Assembly: GCA_040755995.1 (NCBI GenBank)
Contig: JBFMAF010000024.1
Location: forward strand, 256,001 to 320,000
DNA from: Acidobacteriota bacterium
GTDB taxonomy: Bacteria; Acidobacteriota; CAIWXX01
Length of the DNA stretch: 64,000 nucleotides
Direction of reading: 5' to 3'
Each line of letters opens with the position of its first letter. Positions within the stretch are counted from its first letter, which is position 1. The notes below the pieces were generated by a model, which was given only the letters and a program-made list of their open reading frames with translations, had not been told where the DNA came from and made no database searches. Shown here in pieces: positions 19,895-29,062 of the stretch. Both the position numbers and the translations under genes were made by a program.

Positions 19895-20591
19895 CGAGTC
19901 TGAATCGGTCTGACGAGACCGGCACGTTCAGCTGCAAGTTGCGGTACTCGCACCGCTCGTACAGCCTGTCGGGCTGGTCGTAGATCTCGATGCCGACGGG
20001 GAGCTTGTTTGCGCGGTCCACGGTGACGACGGCACGTGCACAGGAGTAAGCCGGTCGGGCCTCCCGGAACTCCAGCTGCAGTTGTATGCAGGGCATCTTC
20101 TCCCAATACTCAAGCACAGTTTGCATTGTCACTTCATTGCGTTCGAGGCCGCGCTTGCAGTTCTCGCCCACGATCTCGATCATGCGTCCGATACCCACGT
20201 CGGTCACGGGATGGTGGTTGCCCTGCAAGGCGCGCGGGTCGTCAGGCTGGAGAGAGAAAGGAAGGAAGCTCAGGAGGCCACCGCGGCGCCCGCGGAGTCT
20301 GCCCTTGTACTGTCCTGCCACGTAGACGATTTCCTGCCCCTTGAACCTCTCGCCGATCCATTTCATGTACACCTTGAACGGTTTCTGGAACACGAGCTCT
20401 ATCGTCTCTTCGGGAGCCATTTCGCTATCCAGGCGCTCCTGCTTGATCAGCGTGGCCGTGTAAGAGTCAACCGCGTCGTACGCCGTTGCCATCTCGGCCA
20501 GAACCTTCGCCGGCTGGGGCGGCCTTTCGGCCGCATGGGCGAGCGAGGCCGCGAGAACGAGCGCGACCGTGCAGATGATGACCTTCTTCAT
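19884..20591 (-). CDS. DUF1571 / LolA-like exported protein
   Basis: Signal peptide MKKVIICTVALVLAASLAHA; SYTATLIKQERL, KPFKVYMKW, HHPVTDVGIG, LPVGIEIYD. Confidence 0.8.
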   Translation of the reverse strand: MKKVIICTVALVLAASLAHAAERPPQPAKVLAEMATAYDAVDSYTATLIKQERLDSEMAPEETIELVFQKPFKVYMKWIGERFKGQEIVYVAGQYKGRLRGRRGGLLSFLPFSLQPDDPRALQGNHHPVTDVGIGRMIEIVGENCKRGLERNEVTMQTVLEYWEKMPCIQLQLEFREARPAYSCARAVVTVDRANKLPVGIEIYDQPDRLYERCEYRNLQLNVPVSSDRFRLDDQ

Positions 20592-20807
20592 CCGGTGCAT
20601 TCTATACAGCGCGTCGTAAGTCCACAATAGGTCACAATCCTGCGGCCTCGCCTTTGCATTGGTGAACGTGGACGATCCTTGTCTGCTGCATCGTTAAGTT
20701 GCCAGCCCGGCATAACCGCCCTTGCACCTCGATCCGAGTGTCCATATGCTCTGCGGGTGGGCAGTGGACAGCCGATGCGAATGAGACGGGTGCGAGAGGA
20801 GAGTGTC

Positions 20808-21707
20808 GTGGCACCAACGGCGTCGCCCGCTCTGCTGATCGCCGATCTCGACCACACGCTCTGGGACTGGGCGTCTTTCATCGTCCCGTCGCTCAGGGCG
20901 ATGGTCGCGTCGATCGAGGGATCGACCTGTTATTCGTGCCGATTCATCCTTCGCGCGCTCCGGCAGACCTACCAGGAGCACGGCACCGTCGAGTACGCGT
21001 TTGCTTTGCAGGAGTCGGCCATCTGGAGGCGGTGGGTGCGCGATCGTCGCGGGACGTTGGACGAGTTCTTACGGGAGGTGGTGGACCCGGCGAGCGCCGC
21101 GTTTGCGAGTGAGCGCCGGGCGCGGCTCGCCGCCTACCCCGGCGTTCACGCCACGCTACACCGGCTGAAGCAGCAGTCGGTGCGGGTCGCCGGCCTGACC
21201 GACGCGCCGGCGTTCCCCGCCGAACAACGGCTCAAATACTGCGGACTCGACGACTGCTTCGACGCCCTCTATGCGCTCAAGAACTACCACATACCGCGAA
21301 GCCCGTCGGGGCAGTGGCGGGTCAAGCCGGAGATCCTGCGGCGCATGCGCTCGGGCCACTACCGTTCCATGGTGCCGCGCGTCGTGCAGATCCCTGCGCG
21401 CCATCAGAAGCCTGACCCGCGGGGCGTCCTGCGAATCTTACGGGACTTCGACGTCCGTCCCCACCGTGCGATCTACCTGGGCGACTCGCTCCACAAGGAT
21501 GGTGGCGCCGCGCGCGCCGCCGGCGTGCGCTTCGTCTGGGCGCGCTACGGAACGCACCTGAGCGACGAGCTCTTGGAGGAGCTCTCGTTGTACACGCCGG
21601 CCGAGGTGCGCCGCCGCAACTGCAGTCCGCAGGCAGGCGAGACACACAGGCGATCGGAGATCGAGTGCTTCGCGGACATCCTGCGGGAGCTGGATTCGCT
21701 GCGCTGA
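20808..21707 (+). CDS. HAD-superfamily hydrolase
   Basis: Motif I LIADLDHTLWDW, KPDPRG, YLGDSLHKDG; upstream TTGCAC-17-TATGCT at 20722-20750; start uncertain (20775-20808). Confidence 0.88.
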   Translation: MAPTASPALLIADLDHTLWDWASFIVPSLRAMVASIEGSTCYSCRFILRALRQTYQEHGTVEYAFALQESAIWRRWVRDRRGTLDEFLREVVDPASAAFASERRARLAAYPGVHATLHRLKQQSVRVAGLTDAPAFPAEQRLKYCGLDDCFDALYALKNYHIPRSPSGQWRVKPEILRRMRSGHYRSMVPRVVQIPARHQKPDPRGVLRILRDFDVRPHRAIYLGDSLHKDGGAARAAGVRFVWARYGTHLSDELLEELSLYTPAEVRRRNCSPQAGETHRRSEIECFADILRELDSLR

Positions 21708-21824
21708 TAGTAGACGGGGCAGGCAAGGCGGAGCCTGCAGGGGAGCGCCACGTTCGATGGGTCGCCCGCTGGCGGGCCGACGGGCCGACGCTGGCGGATC
21801 TCAATCCGCCGAATCGGTGCTAGA

Positions 21825-21905
21825 ATACGGAGAGCGAGACGTGTGACGGGCTTGCAGGGCAAGGTGATCGCTCCGCTTGATCTGGTTCAGGAGATTGAGA
21901 AATGA
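21825..21905 (+). pseudogene. C-terminal remnant of a PIN-domain (VapC-like) toxin gene
   Basis: Frame reads IRRARRVTGLQGKVIAPLDLVQEIEK* with ATGA overlap onto the next gene; no PIN core upstream (in-frame stops at 21705-21713). Confidence 0.5.
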
Positions 21906-22111
21906 TTACCGAATTGAAACCGTTGGTGGAAATCAATCGGCAGGGCATTCGCTTGCTGTACCAGGAGTTAGGCGTCGTGAATGCAGTCAGATTCCTCAGA
22001 CAATTCACGGCCGGCTTCGGCGATTACACCAGAGAACGCGAAGTCCTGTTCAGGACAAGGACGCTTGAAGAGATTGTGGCTGAAATAGAAAAGCAGCGCC
22101 CATCGTCCTAA
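21902..22111 (+). CDS. Small putative antitoxin of a family usually paired with PIN toxins
   Basis: 69 aa MITELKPLVEINRQGIRLLYQELGVVNAVRFLRQF...GDYTRER; AGGAG SD; more AT-rich than neighbours. Confidence 0.75.
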   Translation: MITELKPLVEINRQGIRLLYQELGVVNAVRFLRQFTAGFGDYTREREVLFRTRTLEEIVAEIEKQRPSS

Positions 22112-22309
22112 CATGTGCGACCGGGGAGGCGGAGTTTGCAACCAACCATGCTCTTGCGTGCGCGTCTGCAGGCCGCATTGCGTTTCTCGCTGCCATACCC
22201 GTGCCCGACCAACGCCGGGAACGGGCACGGGTAACGGTACGGGTCCGAAGGTGCATCTTAAGTTTCTTCCGCACGCGGCCCATTCTGCCGATGTACAGCC
22301 CGCACCTCC

Positions 22310-23905
22310 ATGCCCGCACGAGCGAAGCTGATCGTTTTCAGGGCGCTGGACCTGCTGGCCAGTGTCTGCAGCATCGCCTCGGTGTTGCTGCTGGTGCTCC
22401 CCGACATCGACGTGCCTGTCGCCGGCGGCTTCGTACGACTCGCAGGGCCGAGGAATCAGTTTCTGGTCGCCCTTTGGTGCGTCATCGCGATGCGCAGCCT
22501 GGTACCATCCAAGCGACCCTGGATCTTCTCTGTTGCAGACCGGATCGCTGCGTCCGTGGGATCGGGACGGGCGACAGTTCTATTCCTGATCGCCGCAGGC
22601 TGGCTGCTCTCGCTGGTATTCTACGGGAGGGGGGCGGTGATCGAGGGGGATGGCGCATATTACTATGCGTTTCTGCGCTCCTCGCTGATGGACCGGGACC
22701 TCAACTTCCGGAATGAGTTGGGGTACTATGCCAGCCAGTCGGATTCGGTCTCCGACTGCGAGGTCAACGGCGCCACAGGGTTGGTCAGCAACCCGTTCTC
22801 TATCGGACCCGCAATCCTATGGTCGCCGTTTTTTCTCATTGGACATGGGTATGCCTGGACGACGGGAGCCGCAGTCGATGGGTACTCCGCGCCGTACGAG
22901 GCCGCGGTCATTCTCGGAACGCAGGTATACGCCGCACTGGGTATTCTGCTTACGATGGGAGTGGTCCGGCGGGTGGTTGGCGCTCACGCTCCCTTGTGGT
23001 CGGTGCTTGGATTGTGGCTGGCCTCCCCGCTCGTGGAGTACTTCAGGTTTGCAGCTTCCATGTCCCACGCGCACTCTGTGTTCGCCGTATCGCTCTTCCT
23101 GTATCTGTATGTGAAGGTGGAGAGCGACCAGAGGCCGAGGGACTGGATTGCGCTGGGCATCGCCGGGGGTCTGGTGTTTCTCGTCCGCTGGCAGGATGCG
23201 ACTTTCTGTCTCTTGCCACTTGTGGCGCTGTTTCGCGGAAAGCGACTGCGCGACGCAGTTGCTGACGGGTACCTCTACGCCGGCTCGTTCTTCCTCGTGG
23301 CCCTTCCACAGCTGATGGTGTTCAAGGTCCTGTACGGCGGATGGGTGACCGTGCCCCAAGGAAGCGGCTTCGTCGGCATTCTGCCCCGGTACATCTGGCA
23401 TGTCCTCTTCTCGACCAACCACGGCCTCCTCACGTGGCATCCGGTTTTCGTCCTCTGTCTCGGGGGACTCGCATGGGGGGCGGCGCGACGACTGCGGCAA
23501 CACCGGCTGCTCCTGGTCGGTCTCCTCCTCCAGCTCTACGTCAACGCCAGCATCACGCAATGGTGGGCGGGGCATAGCTTCGGCGCCAGGCGATTCCTCG
23601 GTTGCTTTGCGCTCTTCGCAGTCGGCATCGCGACCACCATGAACTGGAGGGCCCTGCAGGGGCGACGAGGTCACGCGGTGATCTTCGCGTTGTGCGTTCT
23701 CAACTACGCCCTGTGGCAGACCTGGAAGAGTGGCCTGCTTCCACCAGAAGGGCTGGTGTCGATATCAGAATTCGTGGGAGCCGTCCTCGGAGGTGCTACA
23801 TCAATAGGTGCCAAGACAGCAGCCACCATCGTAGGCATCGGGCTTTTGGCCCTCGGGGACGGGCCGACGAGGCAACAAGGGTGGAGGAACGAGGAGCTCC
23901 AGTAA
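22310..23905 (+). CDS. GT-C fold membrane glycosyltransferase (GT39/ArnT-like)
   Basis: GDGAYYYAFLRSSLMDRDL, NPFSIGPAILWSPF, SMSHAHS, WWAGHSFGARRF; many TM helices. Confidence 0.82.
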   Translation: MPARAKLIVFRALDLLASVCSIASVLLLVLPDIDVPVAGGFVRLAGPRNQFLVALWCVIAMRSLVPSKRPWIFSVADRIAASVGSGRATVLFLIAAGWLLSLVFYGRGAVIEGDGAYYYAFLRSSLMDRDLNFRNELGYYASQSDSVSDCEVNGATGLVSNPFSIGPAILWSPFFLIGHGYAWTTGAAVDGYSAPYEAAVILGTQVYAALGILLTMGVVRRVVGAHAPLWSVLGLWLASPLVEYFRFAASMSHAHSVFAVSLFLYLYVKVESDQRPRDWIALGIAGGLVFLVRWQDATFCLLPLVALFRGKRLRDAVADGYLYAGSFFLVALPQLMVFKVLYGGWVTVPQGSGFVGILPRYIWHVLFSTNHGLLTWHPVFVLCLGGLAWGAARRLRQHRLLLVGLLLQLYVNASITQWWAGHSFGARRFLGCFALFAVGIATTMNWRALQGRRGHAVIFALCVLNYALWQTWKSGLLPPEGLVSISEFVGAVLGGATSIGAKTAATIVGIGLLALGDGPTRQQGWRNEELQ

Positions 23906-23955
23906 GGCGCGGATGCTTCGCTGGCTGATGGGCTCGACTGGTCGGTAGCAGAGGT

Positions 23956-26295
23956 CTAGCGCATTGGAGTTGAGAGATCCTTTGCCGAAATGACCTCGAT
24001 CTCGGTGATGACCCATGGCACGGTGGGATCCTTGGCCAGCTGCTTCAGGCGGATTGACTGCACGAATTGCGGTGGGAGCACAATGGTCATGGGCATCTCT
24101 CGTGGGTTGCTCAATGCAGCTCGGAAGGCCAGCGGGGCGGCGGACCCCAACCACACACTCTTCCAAACTCGCCCGTCCACCGGTACCTCGACCCGCACCT
24201 TGCGTGGGAAGGCTGTCGCGTACCGACCGAGATACAACCTGATCCCCGTGACCTCCGTCAGCTGCGCCAACTGCACTGTCATCTGCTCCGAGCCGGTCTG
24301 AGAAGCCCCGATGAAGCAGGGGGAATGGACATCGCCATCGTGGATTGCGCGAAGCGAATCAGCGGTCGGCAGGACCTTGATTGAGGCGATCTCGGCAGGC
24401 GTGCCAAAGACGGGATGGTCGGTGGGTGGTCCGTGGCGCAGGAGATAGAGGCTGTCAGACTGACTGTTTGAAACATGGATGACATCAGGGCGGCCGGACG
24501 CGTACCGCAGGATCTCGCCCGCGGAATCCATCCCCCGGTGGATCAAGATATACACCGGTCCAATCGAGGCCAGCTCACTCAGCATATCCGGATCGCGTCT
24601 CTTCAAGCCGACCCTCAACGCGGCATAGTGCGGAGGGAAGTACCCGCCGTAGCCGTTCACCACGGGGTGGCCGTGCGACATCCCCCGGTACATCGCCGCA
24701 CAATCCGCCTCCACCGGGCCAATTGGCAGCTCCAGAACGGGCGTCTGCGGTGACGGGAGCCGATCGAGCAGCTCGCAGGCAACAGGAGTGGGGCTGAGCG
24801 GCAGTGCGCCGATCCAACCATCTGCCATCAACCCGACCCCACAGAGAAGGAACAGGAGCGTCGGTCGGACACGCAACCGCAACCGCAGATCCCGGAAGGC
24901 AATACCGGCTGATGCAGCGAGACACAGGACTACAACCATCCAGAACCTGGCGGGAACACGGACGGAGGAGAAGCCCGGCAGCAGCATGAGCTTGGCGTAT
25001 GGTGCGCCGTCCCAGATTGGCATCGAGCAAAATCGGGCTGTTGGCCCAAGCGACATCAAGAAGGCGAACGCTGCACTTGATAGGTAGAATCCTGCTACCG
25101 AGCGACGCCGGTAGGCAGCGGCAAAGGTGCCAGAGGTTACCGCGAGAGCGAGCAGTGCGAAGAAGGCGTGCCCCAGCTCCTTGTCAATGCGAGAGACGCT
25201 GATCCACACTCCCGCCACTCCGAGCCGCCACGGGCCCCAGATGGCAACCGACAGCGCCGTCAGTGAAAACAACAGGGATGTAGCCGCGAAGACTGTCCTG
25301 AGCACTCTCATGGGCGATTCCTGCCGAGCTCCGGCCCCGCGAGAAACAACCAGGATTCCCCATACGACCACTGCTCCGAGGACGGCGCCCGGGAAGAGGG
25401 CTGTCTCCAGATCGGTCGGCCGGAGTATCCTGCTCCAGATGGTCAAATCCGGTGAGACACCGAGCACCGAAACGATGTCTGCGCTGAACCGGCGGATCTC
25501 ACCAATCTCCCTTGTTAGACCCAGCGTCTGTTGCACGCGAAGGTATCCAAAGAGAACGGGCAGAAGTGGGACGGCCCCCATGGCCCACGCCGCACCAATC
25601 CGCACGAATGCCCGCGGATTCCTCACCGGGTCGGCAAACCACAGGATCCATAGAAGGACGAGAATGGAGAAGTAGAACAGGTAGTACCCGCAGGAAAGTG
25701 CTTGCATCAGCCATGCGAGGCCAAAGAGGAACAGCCAACGCGCCCGAGGCACTTGCATATAGCGATGCAAGCATGCCAGCGCGACCGGCGCCCAGTATGC
25801 GGACAACACCTGTATGTGTCCTATCTGGGCGGCTCTGTACGGGGCAAACCCGTAAGCCAAACCTGCAATGACGGATGCCACGTGATCTCTAGTCAAACAG
25901 AAGCAGAGCAGGTGGGCGGCGATGGCGGATAGGGCGAAGGAGATCAAGAAGGCGAGGTTGTACGCGAGTACCGGTGTTCCACCCAGCCACTGAACAGGAG
26001 TCGTGATCACAGATATCCCCAGCAAGTGCTCGGCGAGAGCCAGGCTGCCACGCAGGGGGAAGAACGACGGGGCATTCCACCAATCGGTGGTCAAGGGCAC
26101 TGTGCGAGAATTCCACCAGAGGATCCACGTATTCAAGCCGGGATCGATCGGGTCCGATGGCAGATGAGTGTGCAAGTGTAAGAGGAGGGGCGAAGTCCAG
26201 ACGATCGCCAAAGCCACGTAGATCAGTAATGCGAGCGTGACAGGCGCCGACACCCGCATCCGGTCCCGGGCCGTCTCAGCGCGGTGCAGCTCCAT
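23956..26295 (-). CDS. GT-C fold membrane glycosyltransferase (YfhO-like) with C-terminal discoidin/F5-8-like domain
   Basis: DPGLNTWILWW, FAPYRAAQIGHIQVLS, RVPARF, VLELP, HPVVNGYGGYFP; C-terminal beta domain ending WVITEIEV. Confidence 0.8.
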   Translation of the reverse strand: MELHRAETARDRMRVSAPVTLALLIYVALAIVWTSPLLLHLHTHLPSDPIDPGLNTWILWWNSRTVPLTTDWWNAPSFFPLRGSLALAEHLLGISVITTPVQWLGGTPVLAYNLAFLISFALSAIAAHLLCFCLTRDHVASVIAGLAYGFAPYRAAQIGHIQVLSAYWAPVALACLHRYMQVPRARWLFLFGLAWLMQALSCGYYLFYFSILVLLWILWFADPVRNPRAFVRIGAAWAMGAVPLLPVLFGYLRVQQTLGLTREIGEIRRFSADIVSVLGVSPDLTIWSRILRPTDLETALFPGAVLGAVVVWGILVVSRGAGARQESPMRVLRTVFAATSLLFSLTALSVAIWGPWRLGVAGVWISVSRIDKELGHAFFALLALAVTSGTFAAAYRRRSVAGFYLSSAAFAFLMSLGPTARFCSMPIWDGAPYAKLMLLPGFSSVRVPARFWMVVVLCLAASAGIAFRDLRLRLRVRPTLLFLLCGVGLMADGWIGALPLSPTPVACELLDRLPSPQTPVLELPIGPVEADCAAMYRGMSHGHPVVNGYGGYFPPHYAALRVGLKRRDPDMLSELASIGPVYILIHRGMDSAGEILRYASGRPDVIHVSNSQSDSLYLLRHGPPTDHPVFGTPAEIASIKVLPTADSLRAIHDGDVHSPCFIGASQTGSEQMTVQLAQLTEVTGIRLYLGRYATAFPRKVRVEVPVDGRVWKSVWLGSAAPLAFRAALSNPREMPMTIVLPPQFVQSIRLKQLAKDPTVPWVITEIEVISAKDLSTPMR

Positions 26296-26828
26296 GGCTC
26301 GTGGATTATACATAGGAGTGCCTTGGGAAGCACGGGGCGGTGGGCGACGTTGCCGCGAGGATCGGGCCATGCCTTGTGCGGTTGGCACCGGGCCGCGAGC
26401 CTATCGAACCGGACTCGCGAAGTGGCTGTAGCCTGTCTGTTCAGGGACCAGTGCGCGGCAGCCCTGCCGCTCCTGGCACAGGGCACCACAGCTCGCGGCG
26501 TAGCCAGGGATCTTGGGATTCCCGAACGGACGTGGCACCACTGCATCTCACGGTTCTGAAGCTCCATCGAGGCGTGAGCGCCAGGGCGGCGGGCTCGTAA
26601 TGGGTCAGCAGCGAGTGCCTGGTGCTGACAGTTCGGGAGAGTCTGCGGGAGTCGGTCCGAAGTCCGCGGTGACTGCGATCCTAATGTACTTCCTGGTCGC
26701 CATGTTCAGACCGCCGAACCGCGAGAGCACCGGTGTGCCAACCTGCGCGGGTTGGGCAACGTCGCGCGGGCGCGCCGAAAGCGATCTCGATGTCTCTCGA
26801 TGTCGCGAACGCGTGGAGACTCCCGACG

Positions 26829-27305
26829 CTAGAACCCGAATCGCTTCTTTATCGCGTCCAGCTGCTTCAGGTGGTTGGCGTCGTGCGCGGCAAGGCGCTC
26901 CGCGGCCACCTGGATCGTGTAGTTCTGCACCTCTGGGTGCCTGCCGGGCCGCAGCCACTCCTTCTCCTTCAGCTTCTTCAGCAGGTCCGTCGTCTTCTTG
27001 CGCGCCGTTATGAACTTCTGCAGATTCTCGTCGAAGTCCTCTTCGATGTGATCCGTCGCCGCCCACGCATCCGTATCATAGAGCTGGATCTGGGGGTTGT
27101 CGGTTGTGAGCATCGCCTTGATACGAGAGAGCGCGACGGGCTCGAAGGCGGCCAGATGAGCGACTATCTCCTTGATGCTCCACTTCTTCTCCTCCGGTCT
27201 CACCCGCAGCTGCGCCTCCGAAAGGCCGTCCGTCATGTTCCGCAGCTTCTCGATCGTGTGCACCAGGTCGCCGGTAGTCTTCTTCTGGTCCTGAGTCTTC
27301 GACAT
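26829..27305 (-). CDS. DinB-family protein
   Basis: KWSIKEIVAHL, GRHPE, HDANHLKQL; GGAGG SD. Confidence 0.9.
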   Translation of the reverse strand: MSKTQDQKKTTGDLVHTIEKLRNMTDGLSEAQLRVRPEEKKWSIKEIVAHLAAFEPVALSRIKAMLTTDNPQIQLYDTDAWAATDHIEEDFDENLQKFITARKKTTDLLKKLKEKEWLRPGRHPEVQNYTIQVAAERLAAHDANHLKQLDAIKKRFGF

Positions 27306-27409
27306 GACCTACCTCCGTCGCATAGAGTATCACAAAACGGGCCCATGGCAGACAAGCCCGAGCGGCTGCGCCGCCCGCATCCTCGGGTGCAAGACATTCA
27401 CCCAGCACA

Positions 27410-28777
27410 TCAGGCCAGCAATTCCTTGAGCTTGATGGCGAGGCCTCCGAAGGCTCCGTTCGAGAGAATGACCACAGCATCGTTGGCACCCGCACTCGAC
27501 GCAATCGCCCGAGCGATCTCGTCGATGTCGGGGATGTAAGCAGCCTCGCGTCCGGTCTGTGCGATTGCGGAGGCGACGGCCGCCGGGTCGAGGGCTGCGG
27601 CGACGCGGCTCGACTGGAACACCGGCCCGATGATGACCCTGTCGGCGTCTTGAAACGCCTCCGGCATCTTCTCCTGAAACACCTTCATCCGCATCGACCA
27701 GCTCCGCGGCTCGAATACGGCCCATATCCGCCGCCCCGGCAGGCTCTCGCGCAACGCTCGCAGGGTTGCGGCGATGGCAGTGGGGTGATGAGCGAAATCG
27801 TCGTATACGAGCAGGCCGCCCGCGCACTTCACAAGCAGCTCCTGACGGCGATGCACCCCGGCAAACATCGGGAGCAGCTCGGCAAGTCGATCGAACGGCA
27901 CGCCGTACTCGTGCGCCGCCAGAATGCAGCCGGTGCTATTGACGATGTTGTGCATGCCGATCAGCCAGGTTCTGAAACGGCCCGGAACCCGAGAGATGGC
28001 GAAGGAACGCATTCCATTGGGTTCCACGCACACGTCGAGCGGGCTGTGGTCTCCGGCGCTCGTCCCGAAGCTGATCACCTCGCATCGTGCCTTGCTCCTG
28101 ATGCGGCCGACACCCGCGCCGTGTGCATACATGACGAGCCTTCCGTTAGCAGGGATCACGTTGACCAGGCGTTCGAATGCCAGCAGGTAGCTGTCAAGAT
28201 CCTTGTAGATGTCCGCATGGTCGTATTCCACGTCGTTGAGCAATACCAGCCAGGGCCTGTAGTGAAGGAACTTGGGGCCCTTGTCGAAAAACGCCGTGTC
28301 GTACTCGTCGCCCTCGACCACGAACGGCTCGCCATGGCCCACCTGCGCGCCGCAGCGGAAGTCCAGCGGGATGCCGCCGACCAGGAAGCCCGGATCGAGG
28401 TCCTGGAGGAGCCATGCGAGCAGAGCCGAGCACGTCGTCTTCCCGTGCGTTCCGGCGACCACAGCCGTGCGACGGTTCTCGAGGAACAGCTCCTTCAGCA
28501 CCTCCGCCTGGCTCCGGAACGGAATGCGACGCGCGAGTACCTCCTCCAGTTCCTCATTCCCGCGCGATATCGCGTTCCCTACTACTACCAGATCCGGACT
28601 CCCTAAGTTCACCGGGTCGTACACATCTGCGAACGGAATCCCCTCCTCTTCGAGCAGCTCTCTCATGGGTGAGTAGACGCCCTGGTCCGAGCCGGTGACG
28701 TCGTGGTCGATGTCGCGCAGCAACACCGCGAGGTGTGCCATGGCGGTGCCGCCGATGCCAAGCAGGTGGTATCGCAC
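27410..28777 (-). CDS. mpl: UDP-N-acetylmuramate:L-alanyl-gamma-D-glutamyl-meso-diaminopimelate ligase
   Basis: HLLGIGGTAM, AGTHGKTT, EGDEYDTAFFDKGPKFLHY, DDFAHHPTAI, FEPRS, SNGAFGG. Confidence 0.93.
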   Translation of the reverse strand: MRYHLLGIGGTAMAHLAVLLRDIDHDVTGSDQGVYSPMRELLEEEGIPFADVYDPVNLGSPDLVVVGNAISRGNEELEEVLARRIPFRSQAEVLKELFLENRRTAVVAGTHGKTTCSALLAWLLQDLDPGFLVGGIPLDFRCGAQVGHGEPFVVEGDEYDTAFFDKGPKFLHYRPWLVLLNDVEYDHADIYKDLDSYLLAFERLVNVIPANGRLVMYAHGAGVGRIRSKARCEVISFGTSAGDHSPLDVCVEPNGMRSFAISRVPGRFRTWLIGMHNIVNSTGCILAAHEYGVPFDRLAELLPMFAGVHRRQELLVKCAGGLLVYDDFAHHPTAIAATLRALRESLPGRRIWAVFEPRSWSMRMKVFQEKMPEAFQDADRVIIGPVFQSSRVAAALDPAAVASAIAQTGREAAYIPDIDEIARAIASSAGANDAVVILSNGAFGGLAIKLKELLA

Positions 28778-28810
28778 GTCAAATGCCCGAGCCGCGCGGC
28801 GATCGCCGCA

Positions 28811-29038
28811 TCATCCGCCCGAGTATATCGGCGCGATGACCACGCGGTCTCCGTCGCCGATCATGTCTTGAAGCTTGATGCCGTGGCCGTTGCGGAGCAC
28901 GATCTTGGGCTGGTCCGCATTCAGATTCAGCCCCGCAACGAGCGTCTCGGCCGAGACAGGGGCATCGAAATCCATGTCCTTCTCGCTGAACCCTCCCTGG
29001 TAGATGTAGGGTCCTATCAGTTTTACGAATACTCTCAT
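28811..29038 (-). CDS. MoaD/ThiS ubiquitin-like sulfur carrier
   Basis: 75 aa beta-grasp pattern ending GG (APIYSGG); directly downstream of the AOR gene. Confidence 0.9.
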   Translation of the reverse strand: MRVFVKLIGPYIYQGGFSEKDMDFDAPVSAETLVAGLNLNADQPKIVLRNGHGIKLQDMIGDGDRVVIAPIYSGG

Positions 29039-29062
29039 GTGCCGCTGCAGCCTGCTCGCTCC

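Noticed and set aside
20808..21707. HAD hydrolase as part of an anti-phage system
   Set aside because: No partner defence genes adjacent; only a generic HAD assignment is supportable
26400..26820. Possible ncRNA or small ORF between the GT-C gene and dinB (hairpin GTCAGCA/TGCTGAC near 26604-26629; 32-aa minus ORF)
   Set aside because: No recognizable RNA family, SD or protein motif
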